A stretch of DNA of 64,000 bases from the NCBI GenBank assembly GCA_034661035.1, contig JAYEKM010000008.1, positions 11,677 to 75,676 on the forward strand, read 5' to 3'. The notes below the pieces were generated by a model. The model saw only the letters and a program-made list of their open reading frames with translations, was not told the origin of the DNA and did not search any database. A program made the translations under genes and the position numbers. Shown piece by piece: positions 55,901 to 64,000 of this stretch (within the stretch, counting starts at the first letter, position 1; each line of letters opens with the position of its first letter). Source of the DNA: Patescibacteria group bacterium. GTDB lineage: Bacteria; Patescibacteriota; Minisyncoccia; Phycocordibacterales; UBA12079.

Positions 55901-57086
55901 ATTTTTTAAGAGCCTCTTCTACAGAATTTGCTACAATAAGCCCCTCCCCTTTTTCAAACTCTTTCTTACTTTCCATTAATTCTGAATGGAAAATATCTTC
56001 TATCAAAAGTTTTTCTAAATTATCTAAAGTATTTTGAATGGAAAATTGTTTTGATTTTTCGTAAGCGTTTTGGATAATCCCTTGTCTAAAAAGATCATTC
56101 TTTAAGACTTTAAAAATAGCTTTTTTCAAAGCTTCTTTGTCATTAGGCTCAACCAAAATCCCTTCTACATTATTTTCAATCAATTCAGGTAAAGAACAGA
56201 TATTAGTAGTAATCACGGGCAAACCTAAAGTCATTGCTTCCACAGTATCAAAAGAAAAACTTTCCCAATTAGTATTGAAAACAAAAATATCAGCCAATTG
56301 TTTTTGTTTTAATAATTCTTCTCTAGTTAGTTGCCCTGTCAAAATAACTTTTCCCTGCAAACCTAACCTTTCGATTGTTTCTTCTAATTCTTCTTTTTGA
56401 GGGCCACCTCCAACAATAACTAATTTAACTTCTGGAATTTCTTGCAAAATATTCGGCATCGTTTCAATCAACACTTTAAAGCCTTTCCAAGGTACAAGTC
56501 TCCCCACAGATAACAACACATTACTTTCGACTTTATGGACTTTATGAACTTTTAACTCGTTTATTTCTATCCCGTTATAAATTACCTTAATTTTTTCAGG
56601 AGCAATCCCCCAATTCACAATAACTTGTTTAAAGTAATGACTAGGAACAATAATTTTATCAGCCTGTTTAACTACACAAAATTGAATTTTCTTAAAAAAC
56701 CGAACTTTTAAGCCATAGTTATTTCTCGTAGAGAAAGTATCTAAATCATCTTTTACACCAAACCTCTGAACCCCTTGCTCCCATGCATAATCACCAGCAA
56801 TCCTAATGAAAAACTTTTTCCTTAAAAATTTGTTAGCTAACATAGTCGGCAAACCAACACTCACTGGATCTTGAGCATAAATAACATCAACCCCCTTAGC
56901 TCTTTTAAGAATTTTGAAAAAATAAATAATATGACGAATAATTTTTGGTAAATTCCTAACTTCACCAAAAGAAAGGACCACCACTTCAATCCCCCTTTTT
57001 GGTAATTCATCAAAAAGAAGCTTTGAATAAGTAGCCGGTCCACCAATATCCGGCGGGTATATTCCTGTTGTAATTAAAATTCTCAT
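55890..57086 (-). CDS. GT4 glycosyltransferase with unusual C-terminal tail
   Basis: YPPDIGGPA, GRLVPWKG, ESFS...EAM..G.PVI. Confidence 0.9.
   Translation of the reverse strand: MRILITTGIYPPDIGGPATYSKLLFDELPKRGIEVVVLSFGEVRNLPKIIRHIIYFFKILKRAKGVDVIYAQDPVSVGLPTMLANKFLRKKFFIRIAGDYAWEQGVQRFGVKDDLDTFSTRNNYGLKVRFFKKIQFCVVKQADKIIVPSHYFKQVIVNWGIAPEKIKVIYNGIEINELKVHKVHKVESNVLLSVGRLVPWKGFKVLIETMPNILQEIPEVKLVIVGGGPQKEELEETIERLGLQGKVILTGQLTREELLKQKQLADIFVFNTNWESFSFDTVEAMTLGLPVITTNICSLPELIENNVEGILVEPNDKEALKKAIFKVLKNDLFRQGIIQNAYEKSKQFSIQNTLDNLEKLLIEDIFHSELMESKKEFEKGEGLIVANSVEEALKKYEK
56523..56553 (-). repeat. AAAGTCCAT-type repeat in frame within GT4 linker
   Basis: AAAAGTTCATAAAGTCCATAAAGTCGAAAGT (KVHKVHKVES), same units as 26756-26790. 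Confidence 0.8.
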
Positions 57087-57095
57087 ATATTTAAC

Positions 57096-57188
57096 TTGAC
57101 TTTTTTACTCCTTAAGATAATATTAAACTAATCACCAACGGAAAAGATTACCCTACAAGGTTTCGTCCTTGTAGGGCCTTTTCTTTTT
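57096..57188 (+). ncRNA. Candidate antisense promoter + ~60-nt hairpin RNA overlapping second NYN gene 3' end
   Basis: TTGACT-16-TAATAT-6-AATCA...GAAAAG..CCCTACAAGG/CCTTGTAGGG..CTTTTC + T run. Confidence 0.6.
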
Positions 57189-57683
57189 ATAAGAAAGCTT
57201 CTTATCTAAATTGTTCATAAACCTTAAATATGGTCTAACTATTTTAAATCTCAAAAGAGCAGAAAATTTAAAGAAGTTCGGAATCAAAACCGCTTTTAGC
57301 TTATTCTGTTCTAATAGATATTTGACCAAACAATAAAAATCCCCATCTCCACTTATAATTATTGCTTTATCAAAATTAGGATATTCAATCATTGTTTGTA
57401 ATACTAACTCAGCATCAACGTTCCCTTTAGTAGTTCCATCCTTATATCCCAAAGTTGGTTTAAAAACACAAATAAAGCCAGCTTCTTGTAAGAACTTATA
57501 TAAATCATTATTTCCCTCTACGAAACCAATAAATAGAAAAGCTTTATTAATCTTATATTTTTCTTTCAGATAAACACGAAACCTAGCAAAGTCCAATTTC
57601 CAACCTAAAGACTGAATACTTAAATTTAAGTTCTGGCTATCTATAAAAGCATAATTATTTTTTTTATCTTTCTTTTGCATCAT
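57153..57683 (-). CDS. NYN-domain (PIN-like, LabA/DUF88) ribonuclease, second paralog
   Basis: FIDSQNL, KGNVDAEL, GDGDF. Confidence 0.9.
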   Translation of the reverse strand: MMQKKDKKNNYAFIDSQNLNLSIQSLGWKLDFARFRVYLKEKYKINKAFLFIGFVEGNNDLYKFLQEAGFICVFKPTLGYKDGTTKGNVDAELVLQTMIEYPNFDKAIIISGDGDFYCLVKYLLEQNKLKAVLIPNFFKFSALLRFKIVRPYLRFMNNLDKKLSYKKKRPYKDETL

Positions 57684-58833
57684 ATAATTTTTCTCTGTTG
57701 GTAAAAAGAATCATTTCTTTCATCTCCCGTGCGATCTTCTCCCAGTCATACTCTTTTACGACCATTTGATAAGCTTGTTTTACGACGCGATCTCTAAGGT
57801 CTTGGTTGCCAAGTAAAAATTTCACTTTTTCAGCAATTGATTCTGGATCTTTAACCTGACAAAACAAACCCGTCTCATTATCTTTTAGAAAATCAGGGAT
57901 TCCTCCAACAGAAGTCGCAATGACAGGTGTTTTGGTTATCATAGCCTCCAAAAAAGAATTACCTAACCCCTCTGACAAAGAAGGTCTAATAAAGATATCT
58001 GAGATTTTCAAGTATTTAACTAGTTCATCCTGTTTGATATAAGAAATAAAAATAACCCTGTCTTCCAAGTTTCTTTCCGTTGTTATTTTTTCTAAATTTG
58101 TTTTATCTTCTCCATCCCCTATTAAAATAAGTTTGATATTATCTGGCAAATAGGTCAGCGCCTTAATTAAATAATCTAAACCATTCTTGTAAGTCAGTCT
58201 ACCTGTGTGGATTATAAACCTATCTTCCAATTGTTTACCTAGCTCTTGTTCAAGTTTTCTTAGATCTTTTATTGAAGATGTTTGTGAAAATACTTTTATA
58301 TCAACCCCGTTAGGAATAACCTCAATCGGGCATTGAGCCCCCAAAGTCTTCGCCCAATCAGCCAAATAATTACTAATACATTGAATTTGATCAGCTCTTT
58401 TGAAGATATTCTCAAACTGACCTTTTATAAATTTAGTTCTTTTCTGAATATATTTTTGACTATCACCCTCTTGTAAAGTAAGTAAGAAAGGAACTTGTGG
58501 ATTACTTTTTTTAAATTTTGATGCAGCTAATCCCGCGTAACTTGCCATAATCGCCCAAATTGAATCATAATTCCCTTGTTTATTTAGTTTTTTTGCCATA
58601 TATTGACCAAAAAAAGCAAAGAATACCTTGTCAACCATCGGATGACCTATACCCACTCTAAAGACAGTTATATTGCCAATTTTCTCCTTCTGAGCAAGAT
58701 TTTTATCCATTTTAGCCGTTATCATATGAAATTCAATATCAGTTAATCTGTCTGTTATTTCTTTAACAGCTACTTCTGCCCCTCCCACAAAAGGATAATA
58801 GGCAGTCGAAAACATAAGTACTTTCTTAGACAT
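57664..58833 (-). CDS. GT4 glycosyltransferase (start MSKKV)
   Basis: YYPFVGGAE, IPNGVD, SEGLGNSFLEAM; TG.TACAAT 6 nt before ATG 58833. Confidence 0.9.
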   Translation of the reverse strand: MSKKVLMFSTAYYPFVGGAEVAVKEITDRLTDIEFHMITAKMDKNLAQKEKIGNITVFRVGIGHPMVDKVFFAFFGQYMAKKLNKQGNYDSIWAIMASYAGLAASKFKKSNPQVPFLLTLQEGDSQKYIQKRTKFIKGQFENIFKRADQIQCISNYLADWAKTLGAQCPIEVIPNGVDIKVFSQTSSIKDLRKLEQELGKQLEDRFIIHTGRLTYKNGLDYLIKALTYLPDNIKLILIGDGEDKTNLEKITTERNLEDRVIFISYIKQDELVKYLKISDIFIRPSLSEGLGNSFLEAMITKTPVIATSVGGIPDFLKDNETGLFCQVKDPESIAEKVKFLLGNQDLRDRVVKQAYQMVVKEYDWEKIAREMKEMILFTNREKLYDAKER

Positions 58834-58873
58834 ATTATTATTGTAACAGAAAACCTTAAGTTTAGAAGAATTA

Positions 58874-60328
58874 TTATTCATCTAATTTAGTAGCAAAAAC
58901 AACTCCGGTGATGGCTAAAGAAACAATTCCCATCAAAGAAATCGTCCACTTATTGATAAGAGGTTCATCAAAATCATCAACAGGGACTTGTTGCTGAAGA
59001 TCAGATGAAGTTGCTGTCTCTGTTTTATCTTCTAGAATTACCTCTCCATCTTCTTCTGGCTCAACCTCTTCAATTAATGGTTTTGTGGCTTTATTAATAT
59101 TTGCTACTTGAGGAACAACAGGAATCGGAACAACGATTTTTTGATCTATCACAGACTCTTTCCTATAATCGAAAGCTATACTACCATTTGGGTATAACAA
59201 TTGAATATCGTCACCTTCTTTTGGAAAAAGATTAGTAACATGACTTGATAATTTTAATTGATTATCAGCTAACATTATTGTATTTTTGGGAAATGTCCAA
59301 AAATTATCACCGACCTTTAATCTCCACCAAGATAAGTTTAATTCATACTGCGAAGGATTATTAATGTTTACAAAAGAATTGGAATCGTCAAACAAAACAT
59401 CTTTGATAAAAACTCCTGAAGAAATTACTTTTGTTTTAACCCTGTCCATAGCCGAATGTTTCCCTGAAGAAACCTCTAGGGTAATTAAATATTCACCTGG
59501 ATATTGAAAAGCGTGTAAAACATTTTGACCAGCAACCCTTGAACCATCACCAAAAGACCAACTGTACTTAGCATTCTCAATAGGTTGGTTTTCTAATCCA
59601 AGAGATTCCCCTTTAAACATAAAGTCTGCCCCTGCAATAGGAATATCTTGAAAAGAAATAATATGAGCCTTAATCTGACTAACAAAAAGAATACTACCAG
59701 ACCCTAGATCTAAACCTTGATCTTCTTGCTCACTAGGAGGAATTATTTCATCGTTTTCCTCAACAGGTTCATCTGGTTGGTTTCCTCCATTTGTACAAGC
59801 TGGAGTAGGAGTACCGGATTGCCAAGTCGAATCAATTTTTTGTAGTGAGTCACCATCACCGTTAGCTCCCCATTCTGATAAGTAATCTACACTGTCAACA
59901 TCAATCAATTCATCATCCCTTAAAATTAAACCTTCGCCAGAATTAGAAAGAGAAAAAGCTGAATCAAAAACTAAACCAGAAAAATTAGGATAATCTACCT
60001 CAAATTTTTCAAAGTTATCAATAATCAATGCATAAGTTTTAGTAGGTAAAACAAGAGAATCCCCTTCAATAATTGACTTTATTCTATGGTTAGTTTCTGC
60101 CTCAAACACCTTCCAGCCTGAAAGATCAACATCCTCTGTAGTTGTATTATAAATTTCAATCCATTCCCTCCCACTATCGCTACCTTCTAAATTGTACATT
60201 ACTTCTGTTATTTCAATTTGGGAAAAAACAAAACTAGGAGACAAAAATAAAACAGACAAAGCAGTTACTAAAAGTAACTGCTTTGTCTGTTTTAAATTTT
60301 TATTTATTCTCATCTGGCTTCTTAACAT
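58874..60328 (-). CDS. Secreted lamin-tail-domain + PKD surface protein with C-terminal membrane anchor
   Basis: Signal peptide, ITEVMYN..G.D..REWIEIYN, LSNSGE, WSFGDG PKD motif; exact start uncertain. Confidence 0.8.
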   Translation of the reverse strand: MLRSQMRINKNLKQTKQLLLVTALSVLFLSPSFVFSQIEITEVMYNLEGSDSGREWIEIYNTTTEDVDLSGWKVFEAETNHRIKSIIEGDSLVLPTKTYALIIDNFEKFEVDYPNFSGLVFDSAFSLSNSGEGLILRDDELIDVDSVDYLSEWGANGDGDSLQKIDSTWQSGTPTPACTNGGNQPDEPVEENDEIIPPSEQEDQGLDLGSGSILFVSQIKAHIISFQDIPIAGADFMFKGESLGLENQPIENAKYSWSFGDGSRVAGQNVLHAFQYPGEYLITLEVSSGKHSAMDRVKTKVISSGVFIKDVLFDDSNSFVNINNPSQYELNLSWWRLKVGDNFWTFPKNTIMLADNQLKLSSHVTNLFPKEGDDIQLLYPNGSIAFDYRKESVIDQKIVVPIPVVPQVANINKATKPLIEEVEPEEDGEVILEDKTETATSSDLQQQVPVDDFDEPLINKWTISLMGIVSLAITGVVFATKLDE

Positions 60329-62012
60329 ATAACATTTTCTCTAAAACATCCTTGGGTATTTCTTTCGTCTTATCATTCACATGTTCATTTTTGTATTTTC
60401 TTTGGTTAAATTTTTGTTGAGGTACAGATTTCAAATCTTTTTTATCAAAAACTTTTTTTACTTCTTCTTTATCTTCCCCCCGAAAATTTTGAATGGCATT
60501 AGATAAAGCTTTTTTCAAAGCATTTCCATTGTTATTCTCAAGAGTTTTCTTCTCTTTCCTGAAAGTAACATTATTAATTCTTTGGTAATCTTTTCTACCT
60601 TTTAAATCATTCAAACTGAGAGAGGGAGAGTTCTTAGATTCGTTTTTTTGGAATGAACGTTTGTCATTTTTTTGAGGTTCTCCTATCGGGGATTCCCCTT
60701 TCTTCTGACTTTGTAAATTGCTTTGATTATGCCATTCAGATATTTTTTTCTCTACCTGTTCCTTTGGTTGAGTAAATTGTTTTCTAGAGAACTCTATAAC
60801 CTCATCTTTAAAAGAAAGAGTTGGTTTTTTAATAGGAGGCAAAGTTCTAGCAGAAAAAGGAGTAGAACTAATCCCGTCTATCATCAACTTCAAATAAATT
60901 TGAGCAAAGCCTAAATTAACAATATCCTCAACTAAAAACTCAGGAGAAAACTCCTTTTCTAGTAACTCCGCATCTGTAGCTCCTACTCTAAAAGCAACCA
61001 TTGTCCCCACATTACCAAAAACAGCCGCGTGCACTTTCTCTGGCATCTGCTCTATGTATTGATGGGCAATAGTAAGATTTAACTTATATTTTCTTGCTTG
61101 AGATAAAATATCAGCAAAAGAATCATTTGCTAAATTCTGAAACTCATCAATATACAAATAAAAATTAGGTAATTTGGCCAACTCATTTTGACTAACATCA
61201 GCTCTACTCATCGCTGCTAAATATATCTTTGTAGTTAGCATGGAACCTAATAAATCAGCGTTGGCTTCCCCTACTTGTCCAATGGACAAATTAACTAAAA
61301 GTATTTTTTTATTATCTATAACATCACGAAAATTAAAAGATGATTTTTCTTGTCCGATTATATTTCTTATCAAAGGATTTGATGTAAATTGACCCACTTT
61401 ATTTAAAATAGCAGCATAGGCATCCCTTCTATACCTATCATCCCACCCAGCAAATTCTTCAGTCCAAAAAGCTTTTACTGACGGATCTGTAATGTTATTT
61501 ACTACCTTTTTACGGTATTTTGCATCCGTGAAAATCTTAGTCATTCCCAACATGGTCGATCCGGGGTACTCTAAAAGAGCCAACAAAGTATTGTTAGTAA
61601 TGTGTTCCATACGATCGGAAAAAGTATCTTCTCCCCAAATCTTCTTAAAAGCAGATAAAAGCCCTTGAGCTACTAAATGTCTTTTGTCTGGACCAACGTC
61701 CTCCATAACGTTAAAAGAGATCGGATTATTTACATCAAAAGGAGCAAAATAAATCACATCTTCAATTCTGTTTTCAGGAACATAGTCTAAAAACTTTTTG
61801 ACAGACAGTCCATGTGGGTCAATAAAACAAATCCCATTTCCACTCTGAATATCTTGAACTGCCATGTTTTCTAACATAGTAGACTTCCCCATACCAGTTT
61901 TCCCAATAACATAAAAATGTCTAGTTCTATCGGAAGCTTTTATTCCAAAAGAAGTTCGCTTATTACGACGGTCTATCCCGGCAAAATATGTAATTGGATT
62001 TTTTTCTTCCAT
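60300..62012 (-). CDS. VirD4/TraG/HerA-like coupling ATPase (CPR type)
   Basis: RHFYVIGKTGMGKST, IDPHG, YIDEFQN, ARKYKLNL.IAHQY. Confidence 0.85.
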   Translation of the reverse strand: MEEKNPITYFAGIDRRNKRTSFGIKASDRTRHFYVIGKTGMGKSTMLENMAVQDIQSGNGICFIDPHGLSVKKFLDYVPENRIEDVIYFAPFDVNNPISFNVMEDVGPDKRHLVAQGLLSAFKKIWGEDTFSDRMEHITNNTLLALLEYPGSTMLGMTKIFTDAKYRKKVVNNITDPSVKAFWTEEFAGWDDRYRRDAYAAILNKVGQFTSNPLIRNIIGQEKSSFNFRDVIDNKKILLVNLSIGQVGEANADLLGSMLTTKIYLAAMSRADVSQNELAKLPNFYLYIDEFQNLANDSFADILSQARKYKLNLTIAHQYIEQMPEKVHAAVFGNVGTMVAFRVGATDAELLEKEFSPEFLVEDIVNLGFAQIYLKLMIDGISSTPFSARTLPPIKKPTLSFKDEVIEFSRKQFTQPKEQVEKKISEWHNQSNLQSQKKGESPIGEPQKNDKRSFQKNESKNSPSLSLNDLKGRKDYQRINNVTFRKEKKTLENNNGNALKKALSNAIQNFRGEDKEEVKKVFDKKDLKSVPQQKFNQRKYKNEHVNDKTKEIPKDVLEKMLYVKKPDENK

Positions 62013-62034
62013 TCTTATTATTATAAGTTATTTA

Positions 62035-63240
62035 TCAATTTGGTAGAAGTGCTCCAGTTGTATATCTATTACTTGCAGACCAAAGCATCCAGCTATCTAA
62101 ACCAGCGTCATAGGTAGCATTAATCTGAGCACGAACTTCTGCTGGTCCATAATCAGCTCCTAAATCAAAATCTTGTAACCAAGGTCTCAATTTTTTAGGG
62201 TCCATACCAGCATTTTTAGCCTTTATTACCGCTTTATCCATTGAGTATTTCACCACTTCATACGGATAAGCAGCTGGGTTATCTAGGCCGATGAAATTTT
62301 TTGGATAATGGGAGGGATAGACCATTGGAGCAATAAAATCAAAAGAAGGTAGAGCATACTCCAGAATTTGTCCAATATTTAAATCATCATCATTCGTGGT
62401 TACCATACCAAATAAATCAGCAGATAAAACAAGGTCCAAGTCACTTAACTCAGCGTCTAAATAGGTAAAAAATTCACGTAATATTTTTGCCTTACCAGTA
62501 TCTACATCAGCAATAATTCTTTCTTCACTAAAAGGATAATAAATCTCAGACATATCTCCGTCCGAAGGAAAGCGAATATAATCAAAATTAATTTCATCAA
62601 AACCAATTTGGTATGAATATCTTGCTAAATCAATTATGTACTCCCAAACTTCAATGGAACCAGCATCCAACCAACTAATTCCTTTATAGTCTTTCCAAAT
62701 ATCACCGTCCTTCGATTTTTTTACGGCTAAGTCAGGGCGTTGCTCCACAAGATGAGGGTCTTGAAAGACAGAGATTCTACCAATCACATAAATATTTTTA
62801 CTATGTAAATATTCCAAAAATTCTTTTATATCTGGAATACGATTGATGGGAGCGTCGTACCTTTCTAAATTTTCATCGCCCTGAATCATAAAAGAAATTT
62901 GTCCCGTATAATCTTTGATATCTATGATTATGGAATTTATTTCTGTATTATCAACAATCTTGACCAAATTATCCCTAATATTTTTTGTACCAGCTACCCA
63001 ACTGGTCATGTAAATAGTCTTAACTTGCTCAGGTAAAGAGATGTGAGAAACCACCTCAGCTTCTTCTTCTCCAGCTACCTCTATCATTGAAGCTTCATTA
63101 AAAAAATTTATCGTAGAAACTGTGCCATAAACAATAAAAAACCCTGTCATTAGAAAACAGAGAAGAACACCACTTATTGTTATTTTTAAAATTTTTAGTT
63201 TATTATTCTTCTTTGGTTGTACAGTCATCATTTTCCACAT
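62035..63240 (-). CDS. Putative glycoside hydrolase (DUF4015-like)
   Basis: IIDIKD..G, GRISVFQD, GFDEINFDYIRFP, PMVYPSHY, RPWLQDF; start uncertain. Confidence 0.8.
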   Translation of the reverse strand: MWKMMTVQPKKNNKLKILKITISGVLLCFLMTGFFIVYGTVSTINFFNEASMIEVAGEEEAEVVSHISLPEQVKTIYMTSWVAGTKNIRDNLVKIVDNTEINSIIIDIKDYTGQISFMIQGDENLERYDAPINRIPDIKEFLEYLHSKNIYVIGRISVFQDPHLVEQRPDLAVKKSKDGDIWKDYKGISWLDAGSIEVWEYIIDLARYSYQIGFDEINFDYIRFPSDGDMSEIYYPFSEERIIADVDTGKAKILREFFTYLDAELSDLDLVLSADLFGMVTTNDDDLNIGQILEYALPSFDFIAPMVYPSHYPKNFIGLDNPAAYPYEVVKYSMDKAVIKAKNAGMDPKKLRPWLQDFDLGADYGPAEVRAQINATYDAGLDSWMLWSASNRYTTGALLPN

Positions 63241-63421
63241 AGACGTTATCTTGTAATTCTTCTTGTTTGTCTGTAACTAAACTTACTTTTCTAGAAAGAT
63301 AAAGTGACTGCACCAAAATAAGTAATCCTAGAATAGGGTAAATGAAGATGTCCCACGTGTTAGGAAACCCTAAAAATGGGAATAAAATCACTAAAAAACC
63401 TAAAATTGATAACCTTTTCAT
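63203..63421 (-). CDS. Small two-TM membrane protein
   Basis: LFPFLGFP..W motif between two hydrophobic segments. Confidence 0.65.
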   Translation of the reverse strand: MKRLSILGFLVILFPFLGFPNTWDIFIYPILGLLILVQSLYLSRKVSLVTDKQEELQDNVYVENDDCTTKEE

Positions 63422-63542
63422 CCCGTTAGAGATAGCTTACCCTAAAGCAAGCGATCTTAGATTAACTGATAATTTTCTAATTTCCCGTTCTTCATTTAAA
63501 TAAAGGTAAACCTGAATTTTCTTATCAAATCTCTAACGGGAT
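63420..63542. mobile_element. 123-bp element with perfect 14-bp TIRs ATCCCGTTAGAGAT
   Basis: TIRs at 63420-63433 and 63529-63542; TTCAT (ATGAA on coding strand) repeated on both sides. Confidence 0.75.
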
Positions 63543-63561
63543 TCATTATTTGTATTATACT

Positions 63562-64000
63562 TTATTTTCCTTGAATCACAAAAACAAACTCCCCTTTTAC
63601 CTTTGATAGATTATTACTGAAATAATCCATGACTTCTGAGATATTTCCTGAAACAATTTCTTCGTAAATTTTTGTAAGTTCTTTAGCAACAACAATTTTT
63701 TTCTTATCACTTCCTTCTACTTCATTTAACAAATCCTTCAACAATTCTAAAGTTTTCAAGACACGATGAGGTGACTCATAAAAAACAACTGTTCTTTCAG
63801 AGTTGATAGCTTCCATTAATAACGTCTGACGACCTTTTTTGTGAGGTAAAAAGCCTAAAAATAAAAACTGGTCTGCTGACAAACCACTCCCTGACAAAGC
63901 TGTGATAAGCGCTGAAGGCCCTGGAACTGGGATAACATTCACATTATCCTTTAATTTTTCTTTTACTTCAGTAATTAACAGAAAACCAGGATCGGAGATA
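63562..64000 (-). CDS. rsmI: 16S rRNA (C1402-2'-O)-methyltransferase RsmI, 5' end outside window
   Basis: ISDPG, PGPSA, FLGFLP.KKGR, FYESPHR, KELTKIYEE, KGEFV. Confidence 0.95.
   Translation of the reverse strand, partial: ISDPGFLLITEVKEKLKDNVNVIPVPGPSALITALSGSGLSADQFLFLGFLPHKKGRQTLLMEAINSERTVVFYESPHRVLKTLELLKDLLNEVEGSDKKKIVVAKELTKIYEEIVSGNISEVMDYFSNNLSKVKGEFVFVIQGK

Noticed and set aside
57159-57170. GGACGAAAC on the minus strand resembles a hammerhead ribozyme core half
   Set aside because: No CTGA.GA partner at a suitable position; the motif is simply the loop of a hairpin and is not fully kept in the paralogous locus
60300-62012. Conjugative element suggested by the VirD4-like ATPase
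   Set aside because: No relaxase, VirB4 or mating-pair genes nearby; flanked by chromosomal genes such as rsmI

Overview
AT-rich bacterial chromosomal window whose gene set and style (compact hisS-like/rpsU/ybeY/ftsA/ftsZ, ValRS lacking the C-terminal arm, ACT-less RelA/SpoT, sigma-r4/HARE-HTH protein, stand-alone VirD4-like ATPase, many apparently leaderless genes) point to a Patescibacteria/CPR (Parcubacteria-like) genome; this is inference, not a marker-based assignment. About 1-27 kb is housekeeping plus three tRNAs (Val-GAC, Glu-TTC, Ser-CGA). About 27.7-58.9 kb is a large surface-glycan region made of two convergent operons (wzm/wzt split by an RND pump, nonulosonic acid genes, 3-amino-sugar genes, GT11, many GT2/GT4 and methyltransferases). 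The most unusual signals are non-genic: (1) two NYN-domain RNase genes inserted in the glycan operon, each overlapped at its 3' end by a conserved antisense promoter plus ~50-60 nt hairpin RNA; (2) a family of short inverted-repeat elements carrying intact or decayed small GIY-YIG nuclease genes that sit just upstream of start codons; (3) 7/9-mer AAAGTC-type repeats that bracket a four-helix-bundle gene in inverted orientation and recur in frame inside tsaD, leuS and a GT; (4) GC-rich palindromes inserted in frame in tsaD and ychF; (5) tRNA genes flanked by partial sense and antisense copies of themselves; (6) a leader-peptide attenuator before a GNAT gene. No CRISPR array, rRNA, integrase or transposase was seen. 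All calls are by eye, without database searches.
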